Below the pieces are notes generated by a model. It was not told the DNA's origin. It did no database searches and was given only the letters and a program-made list of their open reading frames with translations. Shown one piece after another: positions 38,750 to 51,610 of a DNA stretch of 64,000 nucleotides. This stretch comes from Callorhinchus milii. Taxonomy: Eukaryota. A program made the translations under genes and the position numbers. Every line of letters starts with the position of its first letter. Within the stretch, counting starts at the first letter, position 1. The DNA lies in the NCBI RefSeq assembly GCF_018977255.1, contig NW_024704743.1, forward strand, positions 71,426,001 to 71,490,000. The letters run 5' to 3'.

Positions 38750-39075
38750 AATAATAATAATAAATAATAATAATCCTTGCATTTGATATAGCGCTTTTCA
38801 CGTCAGGAGGACGTCCCAAAGCGCTTCACAGAATATACTGTAAAGTGAATTGACTGTATATTTGTGGGCGAACGCGGCAGCCAATTGCGCACAGCAATGT
38901 CCCACAAACAGTCGTAGATTGAAAATGACCAATTTATTATTGTTTTTGGTTTTGGAGGGATTATTATTAGACGTGTGGAGTAAGGAAACTTGCCCAAGGT
39001 TTCGCACTGCCTGGAATTGAACTCAGGTCTCTCGCTTGCAAAGCGAGCGCTCTAACCACTGAGCTACAGGACTCT
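38750..39075 (-). mobile_element. Young tRNA-derived SINE, full length
   Basis: Same structure as the 35836 copy, flanked by (TAA)n on both sides. Confidence 0.92.
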
Positions 39076-41049
39076 GCTAATAATAATAATAATAATCATG
39101 TGCATTACTACCTTCAAGCATATTTCAACCTGTGGTTGAGTTATCTTTAGAATGTGCACAGGGTACTTTATTTCATTATAAAATACATAGAATATGTATA
39201 ATGTTCGTAAATGTCACAAACCCAATTTCTGTGGCTTCTGTGCAGGAAGAGGCTGCAGCTATTTATTCAGTTTTATAAGACATATTAAACCATTCTATTC
39301 TCTTTTTGATCAAGTTAATGTATTGTAGTTTATCTACTGATTGTTAAAGCTAATCTTGTTGTCTCTCTGTTTTGCCTTGTATGAAATTTGTGAAATGCTT
39401 TAATGTTTAAAGTTTGACAAAATTTTCATCACTGGTTAGGATAAGTGTGAATCTCCTGAATGGAGTTGACATTTTATTTCAGGAAATTTCTAGTTAGCTC
39501 TCCCATGAGTGTGAGAAATAACACATTTCCCTGCCTATAATAAAGGGATGGGGAAGAAATTCCACCCAGATTTAGACTTTTCCTACAAAGACAAACAAAG
39601 GCTTACAGCATTTTCTTGGCATTTCAGAGTGTGCAGAATTTGACAAATGCTTCAATGCAGTTTTAATTTTGAAGCTGCATTTCTATAAATTATTTTAGAA
39701 ACTACAGAAAATCTATTTAAAAAAAGTTAAGAATTTGCCTCATTCTGTAAAATCTGAAATGCATAAAATAATAAATAAATAATAATAATTATTGCATTTG
39801 ATGTCTCAAAGCGCTTCACAGAATATACTGTAAAGTGAATTGACTGTATATTTTGTGGACTTTAATACAAGTCAGTCACAGTACAACATGGCCTACGGGG
39901 ATGGCCTGATGCGAGGGCTCAGAATGAAGGAGCTGTTTATTTTTTATTTCAGAAAGAAAACGGGATACTTGTTGAAGTGAACTTAATAAAAGGCTATATT
40001 GCTTTTGCTTTATGTTTGTTTTATCTGTTTTGTCTGTGTCTGCAAAACAAAGTTCTGTTTTAAACCATCTGCCATTTGTCTGCCAATTTCTGAGTTACAA
40101 AGACTAATGCAGGCATTTACGCATTCCAAAAGGGACAAGTTCTCGACTCAGACAATCATCAAATTTGCAGACACGAGCCTTGTTAATCACATATGGAAAG
40201 CATGCAGCACCGGTGTGCAAGTTGGTCTAGACCCACCCAAGAGGGCTGGGACTGTAACAATGGAATATTGTTTGTGGCTGATGGTTAGTCCAGCCCACGT
40301 CATTGATCATATCCCCGCTGAATGTTCAATAGTCATGTTGTAAACCACTCCAGGTTCATTTAATGACAATCAATAATAATTGATTACTGGGAAATAACAC
40401 AGTCATTATACACTGTACTGGAGCTCAGCAATAAGGTTTGCAACTGGGAAGAAACTGGCATCTGATGCAATTTTGTTTTGGTTATCTGGGTGTCTGACAC
40501 ATGAAGAAACCCATCGCCAATTAGATAGATGGCAGGTACCAGAAACTTTCTGCGAGCTTCCTGGTGGGCAACACAGCTCAGCATGAATTGCCATGACCTT
40601 CTGTCTACAACTCAGACACACATCCCTATCTATTGAGAAATGGTTCCACCAGTTGGAGGAGCCTACCACTCTGCGTACGAATCAAGCACTTTTCAAAAAG
40701 AGAAGGGAATCTCTCCTGGTGTCCTGGACAACAATTCCCAGATAAGAAAAAAAGCTCATTCATTTCATGGCTGTTTGTGAGACATTGCCATGTGCAATTT
40801 GGCTGCTGCAGATAACTTACAAATACATAGTCAAACCACTTTACAGAACAAAAACTCCTGTGAAATGCTTTGAGCTGTTTTGATATGATAAGGCCCTAAA
40901 TCAAATATAAGGATTATTTATTACAAAAAATTATATTATGTAACAATTTGTAGCAGAGAATTCCACATTCCAATTATCCTTTTTTACTTGTTTTAACTAA
41001 CATCCCCTCTTAACTGTTTAAAATGTATTTAAGGAACATTACATTAGAA

Positions 41050-42000
41050 TACAAAATTACACTTGTATAGAGCCTTTCACATTGGGAGGACATCTCAAGG
41101 CGCTGGACAGTCACGAATTTGGACCCGACCTGGGGGTTAGGATCAGCGAGGTGGAGAGCAGCGAAGGTAGGAGGATCAGCGAAAGCATGATCGAAGAGGA
41201 GGGTCTTGAGACGTACCTTGAAGGAGGCAAGGGAGGGAGCGAGGTGAAGGAAATGTGGGATGAAGTTCCAAAGGGTGGGGGCAGAGAGGTTGAAAGCACG
41301 ACCGCCGATGGTGGGGTGGGCCAGGTGGGAGATATGGAGCAGGCCAGAGCCTACTGAGCATAGGGAGCGGACAAGTTGATATAGGGTCAGCAGGTCACAG
41401 AGATAGGAAAGAGCAAGGCTGTGGGAGAGCCTTGAAGGCGAAGATGAAGATTTTGAACTCTATCCTCTGCGGAGCCAGTGGAGCTGGGTGAAGGTGGGGG
41501 TGATGGGTTCACAGACCCTGGTGCGTGAGAGGACATGAACTGCAGAGTTCTGAATGATCTGCAGCTTGTGGAGAGAAGAGTTGGGAAGAGTGACAAGCAG
41601 GGAATTTTCGTAGTTGAGCCTGGATGTAATGAATGCGTGGATGAAGGTTTCAGTGGCCTGAGGGGTGAGGCAGTGGTGGAGCCAGGTGATGTTGCGGAGA
41701 TGGGGGAAGGCAGAAAGGGTCTGCATCTATGGATGGTGATGCTACCAATGCCTGAGGTGAGAGGCGCTGACCAGAGTCAATCAGGAGAGCTCGGTCTTGT
41801 TGACATCCAACTGTAGAAATTTAGCTCTCATACAGACCTTGATGTCTGATAGAGATTCTGTCAGGACAGCAGTGGTCCTGGAGTTAAGGGTGGAAGCAGA
41901 GAGATAGAGCTGGGTGGAAGTTGACCTCACATCCACGGATGATGCCAGCCAAGGGGGAGCATGTACAAGTTGAAGAGAAGAGGATCAAGGACAGAGCATG
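41050..42000 (-). mobile_element. L2 LINE 3' fragment, decayed
   Basis: SVL.PLLFNLYML region, FIHAFITSRLNYENSLL..LQIIQNSA..LHWL; frameshifts; YADD segment appears deleted. Confidence 0.88.
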
Positions 42001-43044
42001 ATACAGCGGGGGCTGGAAGTCTTTGAAAGATGTTTTCTAGCCTTAGCCAGATCATTTAAAAATATTTCTGATTCCAACACTTATCTCTGCAATCTACCGT
42101 CAATCCTAAAACTACAGGTCAGCCAACAATCTATTACTGGGTTTCCAAACAGAGTAGCATCCTGAATATGACATCAAGTCACATTGTGTTAAGATATGGA
42201 CTCATATCCTGTATTAGTAATGGGTCAAAACCAGTGGACATGCCAGCATGTTCCTGACATTATTTCTGAGCAGAGCTGTCAAGCTTGAGTAATAATGCCA
42301 CGCGTATGAAATAAATGCCTTATTCAAGGTTGGTTCTGCTATTTCTGGTTGAATGACCTCAGGTTAATACTGTCACAACACAAGGTGTCAGCTGTTGCTT
42401 CTTGGTCATATAACCAGAAATATCCGAGTTGACAGGTCCTATCATTAAAAGTGAGTGTGCAAAGGCTTTGATGATTATGAATGAATCGTGTCTTCTTATA
42501 TTGTTTTAACTTTTATGTCAGAAAAAATCCTCGGAACAAATGATAGTGAAAATTGCAGTCAATGCAGCTGTACACATACAGACAGAGGTCAGTATACAAT
42601 GGTGAAAAGTGTGTTCTGGAAGATCTTGCAACACATAAGCTACAGTCGTCATGCAATGTGGCTTCCATTCAGATTGAACTCAGCCCCTAACAAAAAGCTC
42701 CTACAGTTAAATGTTGGATCCTCTGACACTGTACTGGGGAGAGGCATTGACTTGACAACAGTGACAGGTTCAAATTCTGCTCTGTTCTAAGTTAGCTGAT
42801 TTCAGCTGGGGCAGCAGTAGGGGAGCGACAAATGTCCTCAGTGCTCTTTAGTTAGGAGGAAACATCAAGCAGGATCACCGTTCCTGATCGCTATGCAGAC
42901 ACCCTCCCGGAAAGTGGGCATTTGTGGTCAGCAGGTGAGGATAAGATTGGGATTGGTCATGATCTCCCTCCTTGTCGAAAAGCCAGCCAGCACTTCTTGT
43001 TTAGGTTCATATACAAATAATAGCAACTTGGGTGAGATACTGAT

Positions 43045-43470
43045 TGATCGAAAGGGTACCTGATAGAGATGTTTAAGATTATTGAAAGGATTCAATAAGG
43101 TGGATATTAATAAGCTGTTTTCACTTATTGGTGAGGCCAAAACAAGTGGGTATAAATATAAATAGTTCAAATAGTGAGTTTAGGAGGAGCTTCTTCACAC
43201 AGAGGGTGGTAAGAATGTAGAACTCACTGCCAGAACCTGTGGGTTAGGCAAAAAGCATCAATGTATTTAAAATAATACCCGAGGGAGAAAGTAATAAAAC
43301 AACAACTTTTATTTATATAGCGTCCTTCAAATGGGCTAACATTTGCAGAAGGGTGAATAGAATAGAATAGGTGAGGGGAACAGGAGAGGCATTGGATAGG
43401 AGGGGCTTGTGTGGAGCATAAACAATGGCACACACTAGTTTGGCTAAAGTCCTGTTTCTGCTGTATATCT
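43045..43470 (+). mobile_element. CR1 3' end
   Basis: aagggtacctgatagagatgtttaagattattgaaagga (RGDLIE-like), ttcttcacacagagggtggtaagaatg, gtgtggagcataaaca..cctgtttctgctgta tail. Confidence 0.75.
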
Positions 43471-46400
43471 CTATATAACTGGAGTTACTGTACAACTGGA
43501 GAATTTTACTTCCTACTGAATAAAAACCAATTTATCAAATTTAAGAATTTTTAAAAAAATACTTGTACATATCAAGTGATAAGAAGGAGTGACCTGGCCA
43601 ATAATCCCCTAGATAAGATTGGTCATTCACTTCATGGCTTTTCATGGGACATTGCTGTGAGTAAATTGGTTACCACATTCACCTACCAACTACACAGTTA
43701 CTATACTTTGTAGAAAATTTGTAAAGTGCTTTAAGTCATTCTCAATGCAATATCAAATGCTAATATTATGAAAAATAAAGATGAGAGATCTAAGTCCTGC
43801 CAAGTGGCAGAATGTTTTGATACATTAGCCTGTAAATAATTAAAAATTAAACAGGAATTGGAGGAATGGAATGGATGGTGCAGCAGTATGTGGTGCAATC
43901 TTATGTTTTCTGTAAACAAATTATGTTTAAATCCCTTCACTCCCTGGCACCTCCCTACCTCTCCGACCTCCTTACTCATCAATCCACCACCGCTCGACTG
44001 GCACCAACCTCCTGCTCGTTCCTCACACATTCCACCCCACCATCGGAGGTCTCATTTTCAGTCACTTTGCCCTGAAACTCTGGAACACTCTCCATCAATC
44101 CCTCCACCTTGTCCCCTCTTTCCCTTTTTTCAAGTCCTGTCTGAAAACCTTCCTCTTTGACCGTGCTTACGGCTACCTCACCCCCCCCACTCCAGCTCAG
44201 ATTCAGGATCCGCCACTGTTAAGTGCTCTGAGACGTTACTCTGTGAGAGGGTGCTATATAAGTGCAAGTTGTTGTTGCAGTTCTGGTGTAATTAATAGTT
44301 TTATTAAAAGCCGCAAGTGTTTCTGCCTTGTGACAGGCTTGTCAACTGTCGAGTTACTGGAAAAACAGTTTGTTGCATTATTAATACACACTTGCCAAGA
44401 TCAAACCATAAGCATTTGCACTGAAAATGCACTGAAATGAGCAGAGCCTGGTTATTTGTTTTTTGGTCAGCCGGATGTCTGACGCATGTGTAAATCCATC
44501 ACCATGGAATTTAGTCAGCTAAAATACATAGCTTGCCATGGTTGTCTGGCCAGCTTTCCATTGTTTGTCCAGCTAGGAGCATCTTATGTATTAGGGCTTT
44601 GGCTTGTGAAGTTGACAGGAGTCGATTGGGAAGAATCTCTGCCTCAGTGACACGTCTGCCATCCAAATCTCACCGGCAAGCCAGGTTAGCTGGTTTGTGA
44701 GCCCCTCGACTCAGGAACTGGACTACCAAGAGGGTTGACTTGATTCTGAATTCTTGTCATCAACAGGCACGTCACCTTGGAGCCAACTCAGTTCCAAGGA
44801 GAGAATTCCCTCACTTTCCCTTCACAAGGATGATGCTTATTTTGTTATTTATCTGATGGTTTGCACAGAAAGGAAATAGATTTGTTCTCAGAAAAAATAA
44901 GTGGCTCACCGAAGACAAAAGGAAAATTGGCAGATGTTAATATGCAATGGCTTATTAAAATGTAATAAATTATCCATTTAGTAATTCTAACAAGAGTAAT
45001 TGTGCAAAAATTCAGTTTAATACATTCACAGATATGTGTGGAAAAAATATTAAAAGCTTCTCAAGTGGAATTATTCTGCCTGTGGTAAATTTTACTGGCT
45101 TGACAATGACAAGCTTGAATTTTTCACAGTGAGTCAACATTGATGTATTTATGTACAATGAGACCTATGCATGCCACCTCCACATGGAAATGTCTCTGTG
45201 TATGCAATGGAATGTCCACTCTCTCCTGGGATGAACGCACCCTATGTTCTGTGGTCAGAAAATTAGGAGCAGAAGGCACAGAAGAGGATGAATGACTGGG
45301 GACAAGCAACTGGCATAGCTGTAGGGTTGTGGGTAAAGAGGCAAATAGACAAAGTGGGGAAAAGACTATTGGCTCAGCAAGTACGTCTGGACAAACAGGG
45401 CAGCAATGGTCAAAGGAAGCTGATCGTGTTACTGACAACGCCCCATTCCATGGGCTCATCTCATTCCATTGGCTTCACTCCTGGTGGGGCTGGGGCTTTT
45501 CCATTACAGAAGGTAATCCAATGGACAGATCAATGCCTATTTTCTTCCGACTGAGCCTCTAAAGCATCCCTTTTAATGCCAACTTATGCAATCTTATGCC
45601 AACTATGCAATCTATAATTTCAAAGCAAAACTATCAATGTGTATTAGTAAATCAGAACTACACTGCATTTCTAGCTCTGACGAACCTGGTGTCTATTGGA
45701 TGTGAATTGTAGAAACTCAATATAGTTGGCATGTGTATCAGTCTATCTACCACCAGTGTCTGGTTTCAGGTCATGTCTGCTCTCGATACTTTTAGTTTGA
45801 GCCTGACCTTTAAAGCTAGTAGTTTCAATACGTACAAACATTTTAGTTCTGCAAAGGAACTCACTCAGTGGTGTGGAGTACAGTGAAAAACTGTACACAA
45901 AACCTGATCAAATCTGAACTAGGTTTCTATATAATGGGATCAAACAAAACTTTGAAACCCCTCAAACTTGCTACAAAGATAAAACAATGTCTTGATACCT
46001 CACCTGGGGCTTGTGCTGCTGTCACAACAGGTCACTTTGTCATGAGCTGGCTATGTTGCATTTGCTGCTGAGCTCTGATGGAGACAGCATGGGGTTAGGT
46101 TTCAAACGACCAGCAGCAATACTGAGGAATGATGACTATTTAAGAAAGCTGCAGGGTTTTTCTTTTCCATTTGTCAAAAACAAAATGTGTCAATCTCAGC
46201 AGCAAGAAGTCTGAGCTAGATTTCCAGTTCTTTAAAACACACGGGTGTCTTTGTCTGTCTCACTGTGCAATAATAAATAATAATAATCATAATAATCCTT
46301 GCATTTGATATAGCACTTTTCATGTCTTCTAGATGTCTCAAAGCACTTCACAGAATATACTGTGAAGTGAATTGACTGTATATTTGTGGGCGACATGTGC

Positions 46401-47266
46401 AAGGCATAACTCTGGATTTCCTCAATTTAAAAAAATACAAGTACATTGTCTGTCCAATGCATAGGCTTAAGGTATTAGAATCCTGATTGTTCCCAACAGG
46501 CAACCATAATTCATACCAGGTTAGCTGTACTCTACATTAGCTTTGCTATGAAGTGGGTAATGCTTACAGTATCTTAATGATGCGTTTCTAAAGAATGAAA
46601 TCTTTCTGTTATTTTGTGGCTGTGAAACAGTTTTTTGCTGCACTGTAACACTGAGAAAACCGCAACCTGTGGTTTACGCCCAATTCCAGTATCTGGCAGA
46701 TTGAGAACATGGAGTGCATGCAAATATAGTGCTTACACAAAGTTTCTGAAACAGCCATCCCAGATGGCTCCATGGACCAGTTGCAGGGTTGTGTTCCCAA
46801 TGCTCTTTCGATATCCCCAAATTTGAAGATTGTATTGCCCCGAATCCTGGGATACCAGGATCCCGAATCGTATCTAGTCCAGGATGCCTGTGGTCATTCT
46901 CTGCACCAGTAGGGTACCTCAGAGAGAGTTCCACTTCGCATGGAGTGTGCGAGGATGTTTAAATGTCCACCCATCCGCTCCTGTCAGCTCATCCTTGCGA
47001 CAACTTGTAGCCTGCTTCCAGTGGAGCGAGAAGACCCAACTTCCCCTTCGGCCCTAGCTCGGCCTTTGTACAAACTCAAAGTAAATCCTGGGACCTCTGG
47101 AGCACCATTACCTTATGAAATCCCGGAATCTGAACCCCTCTTGTGGCTAAGGACAGGCCATACTAGAACACCGCTGTGATATGGAAGTAATTCAACCAGG
47201 ATTCCCACTCACAGAGCTAAAATTCCCGTTAGAAGACGATGTGTGATTATAATAACAGTAATAATT

Positions 47267-47580
47267 TGGGTTTTATTCCCAGCAGGGCGAAATGTTGGGC
47301 AAGTTTCCTTGCTCCACCCACCTCTGTTTACTTATCAGTAAGTAGGAACCTGGTTGTTAGTTGATTGATGGATTGCTTTGCCGGGGGTAATAACTTCTTC
47401 AAAATAAATAAAAATAATTTGAATCCACGACTGTTTGTGGGACACTGCTGTGTGCAATTGGCTGCCATGTTTCACCCACAAAATATAGTCAATTCACTTC
47501 ACAGTATATTCTGTGAAGTGCTGTGAGATGCGTCGAAGATGTGATAAGGCGCTATATCAAATGCAAGGATCATTATTATT
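47267..47580 (+). mobile_element. tRNA-SINE long subfamily with extra central segment, 5'-truncated
   Basis: B-box region, extra ctctgtttacttatcagtaagtaggaacctgg segment, Deu-like body and (TTA)n tail. Confidence 0.8.
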
Positions 47581-47584
47581 ACAT

Positions 47585-47985
47585 ATGATATAGTACCTTT
47601 CAAGTCGAGAGGACATCTCAAAGTCTTTCACAGGATATATGGTAAAGTGCGGTGACCGTATTTTTTGTGGGCGAATGTGGCAGACAATTTGTGCACAGGA
47701 TGTCCCGTAAATACCCATGAAGTGACTGACCAATTTTGTTTGGGGGATTGTTGGCCAGAACCCTTGGAGAAACTCACTTCTCTTTTCAAATAGTTCTATG
47801 GGATCTTTAACAAAAAGGGCCTCAGTTTAACATTTCCTTTGAAAGAACCTCCAACAAGGCAGGACCCCCAGAAATGAATTGGACTGTCAAATTAGACCCT
47901 ATAAGTTTCAAATCCCGATGTGGAGCTTGAATCCACTACTTTCTCACTCAGAGGTGAGAGTGCTACCAACCAAGCCAAGCTGATA
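47585..47985 (-). mobile_element. Older Deu-SINE (SacSINE1/AmnSINE1-like) with tRNA head
   Basis: Reverse complement: ggcttggttggtagcactctcacctctgagt..ggattcaagctccac head; Deu core ttaaagatcccatagaactatttgaaaagagaagtgagtttctcc; L2-like tail. Confidence 0.7.
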
Positions 47986-48917
47986 TAATAGGGAAATTAC
48001 ACTTTTGACCAACATTGTCAAAACTGCAAAAGAACCGGTCTGGGCTTGCACCCCACTGATCACTTTCTGGAGACTCATTTTGGAAGGAATACATGTAGAT
48101 GTATATGGGGAGGAAAATTGGGATTGGTTGACCCATGCAGTCCAATATCTTGATGTTTCAGTGGCAAGATTCACGGAGAATAATAGTCACTGGTTTCATC
48201 CCTCTAGATTTCTCTCTGTTCTTGCGGGGATGCACTTGGCTGACGTCTATTCCAATGGCAGAGCTGAGTCTGGAGTCTGGATGCTGAGAATGAGTACAGT
48301 GGATCCTGAGAGCTGTGGGTATGAGCATCCTACCATTTGGAGAATTGTGTTACTGTGCCATCAAGCCTTCTCTTCAGGAATTTCAACTATGGTAAAAGGT
48401 GGCGTAAGATTGAATCTTGATTTTCTTCATGCTTTTTCTTGTCTTTACCACCTAACCTGTCTTTAAAGATAAATTGCAGTTTTCCACTCAATATCTTTTT
48501 AATTAGTCAGTCACTTCAAGCCTGTTTGTAGGACATTGCTATCACAAATTGGCTGCTCTGTTCGTCCAGAAAATACAGAGTTATTACGCTTTACAATATA
48601 CCTTGTGAAGCGCTTTGAAATGTCATCCCAACGTGATAGGACTAAATGAAATGTAAGGATTATTATTAGTCCAAGAGCAAATTCTTATCTAAACATTCTG
48701 CTAGTGCAGATTCTATGTTGATGGAGGTGAAGGTGGGGGAATATAATTCATGATGATATCCCTTTGTACAAGGTGACAAAAAAGTTGTGACAGTGTCTAA
48801 TGTCTTAAAGAAATTATAATTTTTTTAAGATAATAGGGTAGATATCATGACTTTTTGGTCACCTTGTATAAGAGCAAGACTTCTGGAGATTTCTTAAAGT
48901 AGGAGCTGTTGTTATAC

Positions 48918-49253
48918 TAATAGTAATCCTTGCATTTGATATAGCACCTTATCACGTCTTCGAGACGTCTCAAAGAGCTTCGCAGAATATACAGTAAAGT
49001 GAATTGACTGTATATTTGTGGACAAAATGCGGAAACCAATTGCCCACAAACAATCGTGGATTGAGTGAGCAATTTTGTTTTGAAGGAATGAAAAAGCAAT
49101 CTGCCATTCGACTAACGACTGGGATCCTGCTTACTACTAGGTAAACAGAGGCGTGTGGAGTAAGGATCTTTCCCAACGTTTCGCCCTGCTGGGAATCAAA
49201 CCCAGGTCTCTCACTTGTGAGGCGTGCTCTAACCACTGAGCTACAGGACTCCC
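48918..49253 (-). mobile_element. tRNA-SINE long subfamily, full length
   Basis: Head ggagtcctgtagctcagtggttagagcacgcctcacaagtgagagacctgggtttgattcccag, extra central segment, family tail. Confidence 0.85.
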
Positions 49254-51084
49254 AATGGAGACATTTGTCAAAGAGGAATATTTGTTTTCATACACGTTGA
49301 TTCAAATCCAATCTACTGTAAGAACCTTTGCTAAGACAAAGATATAATGAAAGCATTTATGCTCGCTTGTTGAGCCATCCACAGCAATTATCAGGTCCGA
49401 TGTGCTATTTCCAAATTTAATTATTTTCTCATTGCTATTCACAATGTTTGTTCTGCTGCAAAATACAAAGTGCCTTCTCCGCTGAAAGAATCAGAGGAGA
49501 GTGGTATTTACGTCACCACTGATACATGGGTGAGTTGTGCAACTAATGCATGCATTCAATTCCTCAACAAAGCAATTGCAACAATTTCCAATTATATAAT
49601 GCCTTTATGTTGGGAGGATGTCTCAAAATGCTTTTTCATGGATTAATTGGCACCCTGAGCTGGGAGGGAGCTCAGGGGGAATATGGGGTGATGAGACTGG
49701 CCAAAAGCACAGTTAAAGGGATAGGTCTCCAGGCAGATAAGGGGGTGGGTGGTGCAGAGGGATCTTGGGAGAGAATTGCAGAGAGAGGAGCCTGAAAGCT
49801 CACCCAACCATGTTGGGACAGGGTGGGTAGGGGCATGAAGCAGGGCAGAGTTGGCAGAGTGGAGGGAGTGTCAGGGTTGCAGGAGATTACAGAGATAGAA
49901 TGCAAGGCTCTCGAGGCAATTGAAGGAATGGATGAAGAACTTAAAGTTGATGCGCTGGGTTTAGGAGTCAGAGGAGCCTGGCAAGGATGGGGATGATAAG
50001 CTCACTGAGGCTAGTGTTTTCGGCGATATCTTCTTGTCCCTTAGTGCTCTGGTTGTACAGGAAAACCATTTTCTGACCATATACCTCTCAATGAATGTTT
50101 ACAGGAATGGCATGTTTTCACTGTGCATTGCTAACCTGCACTTTATTATAATCTATGCAGAAGTTCTATTATTTGCTTTCCTGTTGATGCTGGATGTTAC
50201 CCGGACCTATGACTCAGTAATGCACTTAGTTGTGCCAATGCCTTTCTAAACCTAATAATTTGGGTGTTGCCTGTAAACTTTTAAAAAAAAGTCATGGTAG
50301 TTATTTGAAAATATGTGCTGTAATTGCTCTGTTCTGAAAATGTGGTGCATTGTATATTTCCACTGCCCTAAAACTAGATACCACATCCTGCAATCCATTC
50401 AGTCTCTATCTACACATGCTTCTTGGTTATGCTTTCTGAAATATCAAATCTAATTATGTCCTGTTTGACATATAATATTGCATTGTCTGTATGAATGAGA
50501 CACTGTTGCAGTGTGAAGCACACTGAAAGAGCGTATAAAGGAATGATGTGATCACTTCATTTGTTTTTAGATTTTGGAATAGAGCATCATTGCATTTCAT
50601 TAAACATTGTGTCTTTGTAGTAGCCTATCTGACAGGCAACCCCAGTTAGACATTTCAATTCTGCGCATACTTTGTGTAGCCATCCTTGGCTGTACAAAGA
50701 CCCAAGGATGTAAGGAGAGCCCCAAACGCTGCTAGCCCATGATATCATAAAGCAGTGTTCCCTTGCCTGCTGATTGTTCAGACTGCAGCCTGTTACAGTC
50801 ACTTCCATTTGAGCCATTGCTATGGTTCGATAGCTTGTTTCCCTGCCTAACCTGCTTTTCTTTCAACTCCTCCATTCTCACCCTATGATTGGCTCTGCGG
50901 ACAGACATGTTCCGTATGCTGCCTTCAGTAACTAACATGGTACACTGAAGCACAAAAGAAGTCTCCACTGCCCCTGGCAGCTCTAACATACACTGATGGA
51001 ATTTCGTTCAGCACTCTGTCTATACTCTGGCTGTGCAGAGTAGCATGCCAGGGGGCTAGCAATTACACTATGCTCTCACGCATT

Positions 51085-51610
51085 CCATGCTGAGCTGTGC
51101 TGCTCACCAGGAAGCTGGCAAGGAGTTCCTGATACTTGCTATCCACCTAATGAGGGCTCAAACCTATGCTTGTCAGATGTGAAATGGCCAAATAGTGACT
51201 ATCCTTCTTGAGGGAGAGGAAACAGAGGTCTCTGTTCAGCTGAACTGGCTCCAAGGTGACATGTTTGACAGCTGAATGTCAGAATTGAGTCTGTGGTGGT
51301 CTCGGTAGTCCAGTTCCTGAGCCAGGCGGGTCTACAATTATTGCAGGGCACTGCTGATGGCAGCACAGCCAATTTGGCTGATCAGTAAGACTTGGAATGG
51401 GCAGACCAGTTACTGGGGACAGGGATTCTTCTCACTCAGCTACTATCAAAGCCTAACAAGTGGGCGTAGCTGGAGAAGCAGAGGGAAGTTTGCTTGATAG
51501 CGCTCTTAATGGTTTTAGGTGGCACACATATGTGGGACTCTCAGTCTGGTTTGGACAATCTTAAGCATGGAGATGGGTTTCCTCATATGTCAGACACTTG
51601 GCTGACCAAA
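51085..51610 (+). repeat. Same family, copy retaining the putative 5' head
   Basis: gctgagctgtgctgctcaccaggaagctggcaagg..tatccacctaatgagggctcaaacc head, then body (ggtggtctcggtagtccagttcctgagcc) and tail gtcagacacttggctgaccaaaa. Confidence 0.75.

Noticed and set aside
48005..48466. 153-aa plus-strand ORF
   Set aside because: Non-ATG start, no recognisable domain, and no supporting splice context.
50732..50989. Minus-strand ORF with coiled-coil-like RVRMEELKEKQ, considered as a cavin-related exon
   Set aside because: It has no real match to cavin HR1, lies downstream of the cavin stop codon, and has no clear exon boundaries.
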